A stretch of 63,645 bases of DNA, counting the filler, from Octopus bimaculoides (taxonomy: Eukaryota), in assembly GCF_001194135.2 (NCBI RefSeq). It is 8 parts of 8 records of this genome, joined end to end, with 100 filler letters (N's around TTAATTAATTAA, not from the genome) between each part and the next. Parts side by side here need not be neighbours in the genome. Positions count along the whole stretch, not along the records: positions 35,722 to 40,316 come from NC_068986.1; positions 40,417 to 44,715 come from NC_069000.1; positions 44,816 to 50,145 come from NC_068995.1; positions 50,246 to 57,093 come from NC_068996.1; 4 more parts are not named here. The stretch is one strand, 5' to 3'. Below are positions 37,798 to 51,877 of this stretch, in pieces. How positions within the stretch are numbered: the stretch's first letter is position 1; the number at the start of each line of letters is the position of its first letter. The position numbers and the translations under genes are program-made. The notes under the pieces were generated by a model, which saw only the letters and a list, made by a program, of their open reading frames with translations, did no database searches and had not been told where the DNA came from.

Positions 37798-38618
37798 TTA
37801 TATTCAAATATAAATCGCTATATCATTTTATTCGAGTAAATTTTCCGAGTTAAGTCTCAATTTTTCGATCTTAGTCAATCAATTCACAACGACCAATTTT
37901 ATTTCTTTGATTTTCCTATAAAACTCCTCCCATTTACACAAACGTTGTGATATACAATTTACCTTAGTTATTCTCAGATAGTTGCAATTAATATAATAAA
38001 ACTGTAATTAGTTATAGATTGCCCTAGTTAAATTTTCACATGATTTAACATTTCGTCTTTTATAATGTTTTGTAAGCATTAAATTCAATACCGACATACA
38101 TTCCACCAGTTTCAATATTTAGAGATATATGTTCAGACATGGCCGGCTAGTGTTGTAGCTTCTTTTGCAATCATGTTTTGAAGATACCGATTCCAATCGA
38201 TGAGAACCTCTGGAGAGAAATTGGTTTGAGGATATCCAACAGTGAAACCTATATAATTCACGCCATCGAATTTATCATCGTCGCTTTGACTACATGAAGG
38301 AGATTAAACTTTATTTCAAATATTTGACTCGCATTCTCAATCAGAAGATATCTGTCGAGTTTAAAGAGAAATTCTAACGATTCCCAGATTCTCCTAATCC
38401 TCTGACTTTCAATCAGGGGTTGAATTCTCAAATAGGAATACGGAATGTTTTCCTTCTATTCGGAATTAGGGCGAATATATTTTAAGACGTTTTTCATGTT
38501 ATAAATATATTTGCCTACACTGTATATGAAATTTATTTTCGGCACAATCCCCACCACTGCTTTACTTACGTGGGATACTCAGAAATCAAGAATCTCTAAA
38601 ACATACTTTCTTATCATA

Positions 38619-38722
38619 TACATTATTTACAATTGACGGATATTTGTCATCGTCTTGTTTGTTGGTAACACAACGTTTCGGCTGATATACCCTCCAGCCT
38701 TCATCAGGTGTCTTGGGGAATT
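38619..38722 (-). mobile_element. Penelope-type terminal-repeat fragment with minimal hammerhead motif
   Basis: Reverse complement of 42675-42792; hammerhead-like core at 38667-38712. Confidence 0.75.
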
Positions 38723-40019
38723 ACCGGACAGGTTGAGTTGGACGAGACAGCGATTACTCTGCTGCAAGCATTCGGGTCAAGTTTTCAGTTTGAGGATACC
38801 TACTGTCCGCTACGCTAGCCCTTCTCTCTNNNNNNNNNNNNNNNNNNNNNNNNNNNNNNNNNNNNNNNNNNNNNNNNNNNNNNNNNNNNTCTCTCTCTCT
38901 CTCTCTCTCTCTCTCTTCCTTCTGTTCTCTCTATTCCTTTCTCTCTCTTCTCATCCTCTCACTCCTGCTCTCGCTTCCCCTGCCTTCTCACTTCTCTTGT
39001 CCCACCTCTTCACTCCCTCTCACCTTTATCTCTCCTCTCTCACCCTCACCTTCCTACAAATCTCGGTTGTCCTGTAGATAGTTCTGCTCAATCCACCCCA
39101 CTCCAACTAACAATACAAAACAGATAGATTCATTTGCCAAAAATTTTCCTTTCTGAACTGCATTTCTTGTATATGAAATTCAAATTCCTCTCGTGTTGTA
39201 AACTTGGCAAAGGCACAGCCATTCTTAACAGACAATGATGCCGTGAGTCCCACAAGTAAAACAACGACATGTGTAATCACCATCACCTACTCCAATATGT
39301 ATGTCTAGTTTATCATTAAATACTGCACTCGGTGCTATCTAGTTTCGTGAGTAAGATCAAGTGAGAATAGTAAATCAGCCAAGTTAATGAAGATAGAAAA
39401 GCAAAGAGTGAAACAAACGGATAGATCGTGTGTTAACTCTGAGTACATCGACCCTGATTACTTTAGTGGCGAAACAACTCTTTACATTTGCATTATGCCA
39501 GAAGAAACTACCTTGGCAACAGTTTAATGCATTTCATCATTCCGTCGTCTAGAATATCACAATGAAAGGAGAAGGGGTTAGTTGTATTTATTATTAATAG
39601 CTACCTTGTTTTCAAATAAATATTTATTTACACGTGAAAGTATTCATGAATTATTAATAGAATTTCTCTATGAATAAGAATACATATTGACAGACATGCT
39701 GCCAGTGATGTGTTCTATGCCATCACTAACCTCTTTCTTTTTTTTTTTTGTATACAACTGACCTACTGAATAAATGTTAAATATATTAATGAGAATAATA
39801 CACTTACATGCGTGTATAAATTCACACATACTTTTGTTGGTATAGAGAGATAAGGACACACGCACAAACATACGTGCATACACACACACATATATATAAC
39901 GTACATGCATACAATCATACACACACATACGTATATATTCATACATGTATGCTCACAAGCCAACTGACCTAGCTCTTGTTGAATCATGAAAATATACCAT
40001 TGTCTAACAACTACGTGAT

Positions 40020-40041
40020 GATACTACTACTACTACGACTG

Positions 40042-40100
<59 letters not shown>

Positions 40101-40227
40101 GCTGCTGATGCTGCCTTTGCTGCTGCAGGTGCTACTGCTGCTGTTGCTGCCCCTTCTGTTGCTACTACTACTAATTTTGCTATTACCACCACCACAACCA
40201 CCACCACCAACACCACCACCTGTACTG

Positions 40228-40270
<43 letters not shown>

Positions 40271-40316
40271 AACTACTACTACTACTGCAGTTGCTGCTGC
40301 TACTACTACTACTGCT
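40020..40316. repeat. Compound trinucleotide microsatellite (CTA)n/(CTG)n/(CCA)n
   Basis: Directly visible; ends at a linker gap. Confidence 0.95.
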
Positions 40317-40416
40317 NNNNNNNNNNNNNNNNNNNNNNNNNNNNNNNNNNNNNNNNNNNNTTAATTAATTAANNNNNNNNNNNNNNNNNNNNNNNNNNNN
40401 NNNNNNNNNNNNNNNN

Positions 40417-40488
<72 letters not shown>

Positions 40489-40792
40489 CACAATCATATG
40501 CACACATATATAAAAATACTTACATGCACTTATGTTCAGGTATACATAAGTATACACAAAGGTACACAACGGCATAAATACATACACACATTATACACAG
40601 GAAGCAATGTGAGTGTGCGTCTGCAAGTATGAGTGCGTGTGTGTTTGTATGTGTGTAAAGTGGGAAAAGATGAAACAGTTTAAAAGGAAAGGAAAATACA
40701 ATACCATCCTACATACAGTACAATGTATAATAACTGGTATGATTTAGTAAACATGGTATATCAAATATATATACTCACACGTATATGTATTT

Positions 40793-40844
<52 letters not shown>

Positions 40845-40926
40845 GTATGCATATATACATATACATGCATACGCACACATATATTAAATGTACGTTAGTT
40901 TGTATCCATTTATGTGCATGCACACA

Positions 40927-41124
40927 CGTATGACATGGTTATGTGTTAAAAAGCTTGTTCCCAAACTATTGGTTCCGAGTTCTGTTCTACTGTGTGGCAC
41001 CTTCTCCAAATGCTATTTGCTACATCTCTCTTTCTCTCTCTCTCTCTCTGTCTCCCTCTCTGTGTCACTTTCTCTCCCTTTCTCTCTTTCTCTCTCTCCC
41101 TCTTCCTGTCACTTTCTCTCTCTT

Positions 41125-41156
<32 letters not shown>

Positions 41157-41420
41157 ACTCTCTGTATGTATATATAAAGAGAGAGAAAAATGGTTGTGTG
41201 ATTTTGTGTTTGTGCTTGTCCCCCACCACCACTTGACAACCGGTGATCGTTTGTTTACTTTTTTCTAACCCAGAGGTTCGTCAAATCAGAACAATATGGA
41301 AATTGCCATCTTGATAATAAAAAAAAGTAATGTGATCGTTTTCTTCCACTAAAGCCTCCAGGGCGGTACCCCAGCATGGCCACAGTCCAATGACAGGATC
41401 AAAAGATAACGACAATATAA
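40927..41420 (+). mobile_element. SINE family E copy whose central tract is a (CT)n expansion
   Basis: Degenerate head TGGTTATGTGTTAAAAAGCTTG..TGTGGCACCTT, CT tract 41027-41163, 3' body TTTGTGCTTGTCCCCCACCACC..CCAGCATGGCCACAGTC. Confidence 0.7.
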
Positions 41421-41531
41421 ACATATGTATTTCATAAGTATATAAAATAATGTATTGACACAAGGCCAGACATTTCAAGGGAGCGGATAAGTAATCGACT
41501 TATTTATGTATGTATAATTATATATATATAT

Positions 41532-41912
41532 GGAGGCGCAATGTGGTTAGGGCAGCGGACTCGCGGTCATAGGATCATGGCTTCGATTCTCAGACCGGGC
41601 GTTGTGAGTGTTTAGTGAGCGAAAACACTTAAAAGCTCCATGAGACCCCCGGTAGGGGATGATGGCGAACCCTGCTGTACTCTTTCGCCACAACTTTCTT
41701 TCACTCTTACTTCCTGTTTCTGTTGTGCCTGTAATTCAAAGGGTCAGCCTTGTCACACTGTGTCACGCTGAATCTCCCCGAACAACTACGTTAAGGGTAC
41801 ACGTGTCTGTGGAGTGCTCAGCCACTTGCACGTTAACTTCACGAGCAGGCTGGTCTGTTGATCGGATCAACTGGAACCCTCGACGTCGTAAGCGACGGAG
41901 TGCCAACAACAA
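41532..41912 (+). mobile_element. SINE family A, full length, inserted in (TA)n
   Basis: Same body as 32404; (TA)n on both flanks. Confidence 0.92.
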
Positions 41913-42321
41913 ATTATATATATATATATATATGCATATAAATCCAAGAAAGTTAGGGGTTGTGAATCCAACCCCCTAAGGGATAATATCTATCCAATAT
42001 ACTGCCGGAAGAATACCCAATTATTATTAGACTAGTGTTTTTTCTTTGTATTACCAAATGCAATAAATGGGTGCGGGTAAAAAGATATTTTACCATTAAT
42101 TTATATAGCAATAAGAAAATGGAGGGGAATAGGTGGTATTCATCAACTTGCAGAGATTATATTGTGTCAATTTACCTGTTTATTTGTTTACTAAAAGGAC
42201 AATAATAACAATATACAAACACATGCGACATATTATGCCATATCAGTAATTTTAAAAGGACATCTAGTGACAGAAAATGGGAATATGATTTATCTTTTAT
42301 CTTTTATGCATAAGAGTGCGG

Positions 42322-42945
42322 TCAGGCTGGGGCACTACTTTGAGGAATTTTTCTTCGGACAAGTCGACACCAGTAGTTATTTTCTTTCTTAAGCCTGGTA
42401 CTTACTCCATCGGATTCTTTTCCCCGAACCGCTAAGTTACAGAAACGTAAACACACCAACACCGGTTGACTAGTGGTGGCGGAGGAGAAACACAGACACG
42501 AAGACACACACACACATGCACAAGCGTGGCTGTGTGGTAAGAAGCTTGCTTTCCAACCACATGGTTCTGGGTTTAGTCCCACTGCGTGGCAGCTTGGGTG
42601 TCTTCTACACCATAGCCTCAGGCAATAATAATAATAATATCGAAAAATATCTTAGAATGACATCCCAGGTTCGAAATTTCCCCAAGACACCTGATGAAGG
42701 CTGGAGGGTATATCAGCCGAAACGTTGTGTTAACAACAAACAAGATGAAGACAAATATCCGTCAAATGTAAATAATGTAAATATAGAACTGTATTACAAA
42801 AAATAAGTCTTGGGTCGATTTGTTCGACTAAAGGCGGTGTTCCAGCATGGCTGCAGTCAAATGACTGAAACAAGTAAAAGAATAAAACAATATATTTACG
42901 ACGAGCTTCTTTCAGTTTCCGTCTACCAGATCCTCTCACGAGGCT
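42322..42945. mobile_element. Nested cluster: SINE E(+) inside SINE E(-), with a Penelope-type fragment inside the (+) copy
   Basis: E(-) 3' part 42322-42515; E(+) head 42520-42622; (TAA)n plus PLE fragment 42623-42792; E(+) tail 42800-42890; E(-) resumes 42892-42945. Confidence 0.75.
42686..42731 (+). ncRNA. Minimal type-I hammerhead ribozyme-like motif (Penelope-type, would need to dimerise)
   Basis: GACAC-CUGAUGA-A-GGCUG(gaggguauau)CAGCC-GAAAC-GUU-GUGUU: stem I GACAC/GUGUU, 5-bp stem II, palindromic ACGU in place of stem III. Confidence 0.6.
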
Positions 42946-44304
42946 CTATTCATAATAGAACAGTTATCGATTTCGTATATTGGTCAAGTAATGGCTGGTG
43001 TCTGAGTTTTATCATTCTCTATGGCAACTACATTTGATAGCTACCAACTGTATTGTATTTTATTTCTATTGTTTCCAATACGTAGCCTCACCAGTTTCAT
43101 CGTAATCTGGATTTCACATTTGAAGTGTTTAACAATATATCTGCACTTTCTAAGTTCAGATTTCGCTTGGATCGGCATATATTTCCATTGCTGTTCGTAG
43201 TCAATAATTTTACACTAAATTCTGAAGTTGTTACTCTTTAAATCTGCAGCCCTGTGCCAAGGTTAAACATTTTTGTTTCCAATTTCTGTGGATTGCAGAA
43301 TCGGCAGAGTACTCAGCAGGAAACTTTCCGTTATTTATTGCTGTTGTTATTGTTTAACTCCGAGTTTGCTTTGTTTGACCATATCATTCTTCCTTCAGAC
43401 TCCATACTTGGTTTCTCTGGTCGTCACGACGGGAGGTTGTGATTTCAAAGACAGGCATTTAACTGCTATAATTCTTTGTCAAGTCAAATGGGGAACTATT
43501 ATGTACCGAAAGTCAACTTTTATTAATATTTCTATGAAACAAACATCATGAATGCTTTGATTAGATAAAAATGTAGTTCTGTTTATTATTGGGTATTTAA
43601 AATGTATCCTCATTATTATTATTTTTTTTTTTTTCAGAGAGTCTTCATTTGTCAAGTGAAGCAGAATGAATGTAACGCACTTCTGAAGAGAACCGGCTAA
43701 GTTTTATATCCCAACTTCCTGTTATATTCGAACTTGTGAATGAAGTAAGCCAAATACATAATCTATCTAGAGAATTTATTTTGAAACAACATCAAAGATG
43801 GGTGTGGAAATCAGTTTGCAAACTCGACAGGCATACTATTAATCTCTGGCTCATTAATCCCCTCCTGGAATGGCGTAATTATAGATATGTTAATAGAAGC
43901 GCTGAATTAAGAGGTCTTATATTTTGTCTTTATCCATTTACATTCTGAGTTCAAATTCTTTCACGGTTGACTTTTCTTTTCCTTCTTCAGAATCAATTTT
44001 GGTTGTTTTTCTAGATTATCTATTGGCCGTGATTTCGTCGTTAGCTCGTGGAACAGGTGTTAAACAAAACGTTTTTAGATGCACCAATATACGAAATCGA
44101 TAACTGTTCTATTATGAAATTTGTTTATTGAGCAACTTCTCAATCAGATAACACTTCTTCTGTATTGTTTATCGTCGAGTGATATACATTTTATAAAGAT
44201 ATGCACCAGAATTGACCGACACACATAGTCCCTATTTAAAAATATTGAATTGGGAATAATAATTAAAGTGATGCATGTTTTGCCCCAGTTATAATTCCTT
44301 AGGC

Positions 44305-44425
44305 CTAGATTCAGATTCCACCGAGGTCGACTTTGCCTTTCAGCTTTCGGAGTCGATAAAATATAGTATCACTTAACAACTGTGATCGACAAAATTTCAG
44401 GCCTTGTATCTATAGTAGAAAGGAT
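44305..44425 (+). mobile_element. SINE family C, 5'-truncated
   Basis: GATTCCACCGAGGTCGACTTTGCCTTTCAGCTTTCGGAGTCGATAAAA. Confidence 0.75.
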
Positions 44426-44815
44426 TATTTACAACCAGATTATCTTAGACTTAGTAAACCAATAACGACATTTTTGTCAAGGTTACGTTAGTGCGTTTGT
44501 TTTGACATATGTTCCTTCAAATTGCCCATGTGTAAGATGGATTATTATGTCATTTGAGTAAGGAAATATTCGTCTATATTTAAAATGGAAAGAGGTGGGT
44601 GATGCTGTGACAACCACAAGAGAGAAGTGAGACTCAAAGCAAACATTACTTCAACCAATTTCTCAGAGCTGTGAGATTATATTTTGGTTTACACCACTTA
44701 TATATATATATATATNNNNNNNNNNNNNNNNNNNNNNNNNNNNNNNNNNNNNNNNNNNNTTAATTAATTAANNNNNNNNNNNNNNNNNNNNNNNNNNNNN
44801 NNNNNNNNNNNNNNN

Positions 44816-44872
<57 letters not shown>

Positions 44873-45420
44873 ATATACGCTTACTAACACCCAGAAAAAT
44901 ATGCGTGCATGTTTAAACGTGCATGTGTGCGCTTATACCCACATCTATCCATATGCGTTTGTGTCTGTGTGTATGCGTGTGTATATGTGTGTGTCTACAG
45001 ACAATTATACACACATACATGTGTCTGCTTGTGTGAGATGTTTGTGTGTGTGTATTTGTACAAATATGTATATACTTGTAGGAGTATATATACACATTTT
45101 TATATTATCTATGTATGTTCATGTGCATATATGTGTATTTCTTAGCTTCTACTTAATTTATTTTCCTAAAACGTACACTTAATAACCTAATGAGGTAAAT
45201 TTATTGCTCGGTGTAGAACTTACATATAATACAAACGTAGTAATCAATATAATCTCTCTATTTGCTTGTCTGACTGTTTGTCTGTTCCCCCACCCTCAGT
45301 CACATACACATACACACACAACCACACACAGACACACACACACAACATGAACCAAGCTATCGGAAAAAGGAATCCTACACCGATAAAATGTATATTGGTT
45401 TGTCAATATTTCTTTCCTTT

Positions 45421-45630
45421 TTTCACTCTAGGCACAATGTCCGAAATTTCTGGGGAGGGGTCCAGTCGATTAGATCGACCCTAGTACGCAACTGATACTT
45501 AATTTATCGACCCCCGAATGGATAAAAGGCAAAGTCGACCTCGGTGGAACTTGAACTCAGAACGTAAAGACAGACGAAATACCGCTAAGCATTTCGCCCG
45601 GCGTGCTAACGTTTCTGCCAGCTCGGCGCC
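45421..45630 (-). mobile_element. SINE family C, full length
   Basis: TTTATCGACCCCCGAATGGATAAAAGGCAAAGTCGACCTCGG..GCATTTCGCCCGGCGTGCTAACG. Confidence 0.9.
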
Positions 45631-46509
45631 TTATCTACCTATGCTTTAACGCAATTCAATTTTTAACTCATCATCTGTGAAGGCAAGTGGCTTAGTGATT
45701 ATGAGTTATTCACTTCACGATCGCGAGGTCGTGAGTTCGGTTCTCGGCAGTACCCTTCTATACCTGAACAGGACACTATATTTCATCTTCCAATGAAGAA
45801 AGCTATAGATTGTGACATAAAATTTTTAAAAAAGGAAACTTTTCACACAAAACTCTACAGACAACCAAGCTTCAACTGGACTCGAACTTTCACACTTTAA
45901 AATTAATAATGCTGAATTTTCGGACCATATTTTGAATCAGAAATTCAAAGTAAGACATTATTCGTCACAATTTCTGACGATGGACTGCCTTTGTTTGTCT
46001 TTAATTTTTCCTATGCGCGGGAACCTTCATTCTTAGCTAGCGCAGCCATAATTGTCTAAATACGCTACCTTGGTAAAAAGAAGATAAATAAACATTTAAA
46101 TATAATAGGTCTGTTTTGTAACCAAAACTACTATTGTTCATTCTTAAAATTGCATGTTAGTTTTTCTTTACACTTAAGTTTCATTTGTAACTTTGAAAAA
46201 GCTTAATTTTGATCCAATTCCTTCAATAATATAAACATTGCCCTTGAATTGTATCAGTGAGAAATATTGTATTGAAATGTTTTTTATGCAGATGATATGA
46301 GAAAGAAACGGCAATATAGATTATATAACTTCGAGTTGATTTCTGACTGTACTTAGCACATCTAACGAGGAAAACTACAAATTGGGACATAAAATTTTAA
46401 GAAATAAAATCCAATCCTTCACACAAAAACTGAATAGACAACCAAGCTTTGAAAGTTAATTATTTAGAATATCATTTTTAAAAAAGGATAGAGTTCGTTC
46501 GTGAGTCAT

Positions 46510-46730
46510 ATAGACTCATAGGGCTGGTTTCCCGGTATCTGAGCGTATACATTTCTCATCTGGACGGAATACTGGCCCATCGCAGGATTTCTCATTTTGT
46601 CACCTGAGTGGATTGGAGTAACGTGAAATGTGGTTTGCCGAGGAACACAACGCTTTTTTCGGCCCAGGAATCGAAATCACAATTTTATGACTACGAGTCC
46701 GACATCCTTAATTACTATGCCAATTGCTTC
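46510..46730 (-). mobile_element. SINE family B, degenerate
   Basis: Reverse complement resembles 18397-18648 (GACTCATAGGGC..TTTCCCGG, GAGTGGATTGGAG, GGAATCGAAATCAC). Confidence 0.7.
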
Positions 46731-47137
46731 TATTCTAACGCCATTACTCATAGACATACCAATAAATGATGCATTCAACTGATATATATATATATATATA
46801 CACACAAATACACATGCATGCATACATACATACATACATACATACATACATACATACATACATACATACATACATACANNNNNNNNNNNNNNNNNNNNNN
46901 NNNNNNNNNNNNNNNNNNNNNNNNNNNNNNNNNNNNNNNNNNNNNNNNNNNNNNNNNNNNNNNNNNNNNNNNNNNNNNNNNNNNNNNNNNNNNNNNNNNN
47001 NNNNNNNNNNNNNNNNNNNNNNNNNNNNNNNNNNNNNNNNNNNNNNNNNNNNNNNNNNNNNNNNNNNNNNNNNNNNNNNNNNNNNNNNNNNNNNNNNNNN
47101 NNNNNNNNNNNNNNNNNNNNNNNNNNNNNNNNNNNNN

Positions 47138-47144
47138 ATATATG

Positions 47145-47185
<41 letters not shown>

Positions 47186-47395
47186 ATTTGTGAGTCTGTG
47201 TTTGTCCCCCTACCATCGCTTGACAACCTATGTGGGTATGTTTATGTATCCTTAACTTAACGTTTGGGCAAAGATACCGATAGAATAAGTACTGGGCTTA
47301 CAAAGAATAAGTCCTAGGGTCGATTTGTTCGACTAAAGGCGTTGCTCCAGCATGGCCGCAGTCAAATGACTGAAACAAGTAAAGAATAAAAGATT
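47138..47395 (+). mobile_element. SINE family E 3' half after (TA)n(TG)n; followed by (CATA)n
   Basis: TCTGTGTTTGTCCCCCTACCATCGCTTGACAACC..CCAGCATGGCCGCAGTCAAATGACTGAAACAAGTAAAG. Confidence 0.88.
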
Positions 47396-48739
47396 CAAGT
47401 TGTATTTACACATGTGCATACATACATACATACATACATACATACATACATACATACATACATACATACATTCATACATATACATATATTTATATTTATA
47501 CACGCTATCACACATACACACGTACGCACACAAACAGAAATATGTCTGTATTTGAGTAAACATATGTGCCTCATAACATATGTGTGTATGTGTGTTTGTG
47601 TGTTCAATAAGTAGGTGAATAAATATTTTCTCGAGCAAAACAAAATGATTGCTCAACATACATTTCGGGTGGACGTGTAATAAATAAGTAGGTATATGTG
47701 GCAATTAGCGTGGGTATTGCGCTAAAAACTGTTATCAACGTTGGAATTTCTGGAAATTATAAACGCAAAGTCATTATATATATATATATATAATAGATAG
47801 ATAGATAAAGATACACACAAACACACACACACATACACACACACACATACACACACACCCATATGCATATATACGTGTGTGTGTGTGGTTTGAGAAAGCG
47901 CATTAATGATTTTGACTAATGACTTTGACGTTAAGAAGAATTGTGTCTAAGTTACCTACAAGACGTATCTAGGAAACTAAATCCCCATAAGGAAATAAAT
48001 GTCTCTGACGTACAATGGGCTTGACTGCAAGTTCACAACAAGAAAGAGTGAATGTTTAGAATTATACCCTTAACTGTTACTAAGCACCCTATTTAAGTAT
48101 TTAATATCGACAATTCTGGAAAATCAGATGGCGTGATTTTAAGATATTTTCGATAAAATAACCTGATATCTGTTTGGCCTCTTGAATGCTGAAATCTTCG
48201 ATTTTTTAAAAATCGGAATATGGTTATAAGTATTTAAGGATGTGGTCAGTGAAATGATATATATCAACCGTAGGTTCGAATCGTTAGTAGATTGGTATTG
48301 AATCCTGATGAAAATCTCAACTTAATCTTACGAAACGGGTTAACCTATGTAATAACTGTTAATTCAGATAGAAGGTTATCGATCCTATTAGTTGACTGGT
48401 GCTTTAGGTTTTCGAATTCGAAACGATGAAAGGCAAAATTGATTTCGTTGAGAAATTGAATTCTGAACTCTAAAAGCGGTACAAATTCTGCAAGCGCACG
48501 TGCACACACACACACACACACACGCACACACACACACGCACACACACACACATACATTCACACANNNNNNNNNNNNNNNNNNNNNNNNNNNNNNNNNNNN
48601 NNNNNNNNNNNNNNNNNNNNNNNNNNNNNNNNNNNNNNNNNNNNNNNNNNNNNNNNNNNNNNNNNNNNNNNNNNNNNNNNNNNNNNNNNNNNNNNNNNNN
48701 NNNNNNNNNNNNNNNNNNNNNNNNNNNNNNNNNNNNNNN

Positions 48740-48842
<103 letters not shown>

Positions 48843-50109
48843 ATGCAGGGAGACCGAGTACTTCACATATATGATCGTAGATAGAAACCACTGTTAAAAG
48901 TAACAAGAGAATTACGCAAATTGGATTAAGGTCATATATCTGTGCAAAAATATTAATAAAAATGTTTTGCTAATTCGTAGATTTCATGGCAATGCTTTCA
49001 GCCATGATCAAGCGTAGAGAGAAACTATTTCGAAAATTTACAATGATTTGATTATGGCCTCAGCGACCATGCTTTCCACTCTTACCTTAAATGTAATAAA
49101 GTTCGTTGTCCTGTGGCGGGAATGTCAAAACAATAAATCTTCTGAGCAATTAAAATTGTTGCACTATTTATACAACAAGAAGATATCCTCTATAATGGAA
49201 CTTAGATAAGAAAAACATAATGGTCTCTAATATTGGAACTAGTAATAAAATACAAAGTAAATGGAACCGGAATGATACACTAGAAACAATCGAGATATAT
49301 ATAGACTAGAGACTAAATTTATCGACGTATGCATTACCCAAAAAGAAAAACAACAGTCTAGACTATTGGATGCAAAGGAACTCGCATATATTGCTGCAAA
49401 ATTGTTTTCCTTCTATAGAGATTTCTAGACAAAAGGTTGGGGTCTCTTACTCCCAGATTTTGGATGACTCTTAAATAACCTTAGTTCATCTACGCTTCGG
49501 CACGTTTTGCATTTCGTACTGCGGAGTGTTCAACGAAAGCCATTCTCCTCACTAAGAAACCTTGGTAAGGTTACCGATTTAGCCATCGACGGCTGACCAA
49601 GCAACAGAATGTATTGGATTATATTTTGCAAGTAGCACTAAGAGTGATTTCCTATACTTATATACATACAAGCATACGCACACATGTATACGTGTATACT
49701 TGCTTCCGTTAATAATATCACTGAAAATAACTTGAAAATATACTCACGGTGCTACCAGCATACTCACATACACGAATACACGTACACATATATACAGACA
49801 TACATGTAATGGTTAATGTAATTTTAAGTCTAACTCTCAATGAATAATTAATACATCGAAAGTATCTTAGCATACCTTTGGAAAGTCAGTGAGATAGATA
49901 GATAGATAGACAGACAAGACAGACTGATAGATAAATACATTACTTTTATTAGCCACACAGGGCTCGACAAAGATGGGACAAATATAATGAAGAGCTTTTC
50001 TATTTGGGAGGGGGAAGGGAAAAAAAGTAGGGGGTGTCGATCAAAAGGGATCGAAAAAAAAAAGCGGGGGGATCAATAGGGATCGTGTATCATACATATA
50101 TATGTGTGT

Positions 50110-50145
<36 letters not shown>

Positions 50146-51029
50146 NNNNNNNNNNNNNNNNNNNNNNNNNNNNNNNNNNNNNNNNNNNNTTAATTAATTA
50201 ANNNNNNNNNNNNNNNNNNNNNNNNNNNNNNNNNNNNNNNNNNNNTATAACATATATCATATATATTATAATATATATCTGTGTGTGTATACACAAACAC
50301 GTTACTTTTCTCTATTTTATTTTCTTACTGTCTTTTTTCTTTCCTTTTGTTTTTCACTGTTCATTATGCCCCGGGGCCAAACTCTAGAAGCCAGGTTAAT
50401 GTTCCCAGAGAGCGCCTCTCTCGTCGGCAACCAAGTAAACTTCCATATTTACGTCCTTCATATATTTTGTAATTCTATTTATGCTGTCCATTATCCAATT
50501 CCTAGTAACATATTGTTCATTATCTTGTCTGCCGTCTTCTCTTTTCTTCCATTTTTACCGCTGTATTTTTTTTTCTTTTCTTTGTGTTTATTTATTGTCT
50601 CCATCTCTTGCCGACTTCCTACAATGTCCGCCATGTTCTTCACGCTTTTAAAACAAAATAAATCAGTCCAAGCAATAGCTAATAAGAGCCACTTGGCTGA
50701 TTATAATTTGATATACCTCCATTACTTTAATGGAAGCGTATGACTGCGCCACTCTGTTAATGTATTCGGAGTGTGTTAGCTACAAAGGAACATAGCAATC
50801 CTCCTTACTCCACTTATCCACATACGTAGTGTCTTTGTTTTTAGAAGCCCCATCCATCCCGCGAGTGTGTGTGTACGTTTTGCAAACGTGTGTGTGTGTA
50901 TGTGTGTGTGTACCGGCATAGATGTAAACCCATCTTAACACGAATTAAGAATTATGCTATCAAAATTAGGATTCAGTTTCTTTCGATGGATATGTGTAAT
51001 TGTTCAGTGCACTTACATACACACTCACT

Positions 51030-51061
<32 letters not shown>

Positions 51062-51877
51062 TACATATACGTACAGACATATACATACACTCACACATTC
51101 GTGCATGCATACACAAATATAAATATATACATACATATACAAGTACACGCGTATATACATTCATATACATATTCTTCAGTTATATATGAGCGCACATGCG
51201 CACACACACGTTACGGCTAAATTTCTTCATTGTCTTTTCCAGTTATCAGTGTTTGGGTTGTTTTTGTTTTTTTTATATTTCAGTATTGAACATCTTCGGA
51301 TTTTGCATTGTTTTATGCGTTTATTTTATATATTGATAACGAGTATTATCACAACATCACCCTTATGTCTACTTGTCATGTAACCATTATATTGACAATG
51401 TTGACAACTTGCCAACAGTTCCGTTTCCTCACTTACAAAACTCTCAACAATCAACACTGGCCAAATCCACAAAGTATTACGATTTCTGTGTGCACTCCAT
51501 CCATGACTTCATAGTATTTCAGAGAGTTTCAGGAATGTTTGGTAGTGTTAGTTTCTGTTGATGTAACAAACACGAGAGCAATGTGAAAATGCACCTTAAG
51601 ATTTAGTCACACAATAAATATAAGGTGTACCGGGAAGGAGCCGACGAATTGTTTGGTTAGATCACAAGCTGTGACAAAAGAACTTTGTCAAACCAATATA
51701 ACTAATTAGTAATCAAATTGATTAATTTTATAAAACTGAAGCGAAATAACAAACGGCTTTTTTAAGTTCTGTTTTAGAAAATTACTATTTTTAAGATAGG
51801 AGAATATTGGAGTTCGCTTGAAGCTTTGTGTATTGTTTGTAAAGAATAAAAGTTTAGAATGGTACAACAATGCACTA

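Noticed and set aside
35850-38500. CpG-richer stretch that might be a decayed LTR or DNA transposon
   Set aside because: No diagnostic motif or termini recognised with confidence
39976-40368. 130-aa poly-Leu/Pro ORF and antisense poly-Val ORF
   Set aside because: Pure (CTA/CTG/CCA)n microsatellite ending in a gap; no splice sites or synonymous-variation signal
45841-46450. About 30-bp imperfect direct repeats (TTCACACAAAA..AGACAACCAAGCTT) about 575 bp apart
   Set aside because: Too short and divergent to define LTRs or a TSD; interior uninformative
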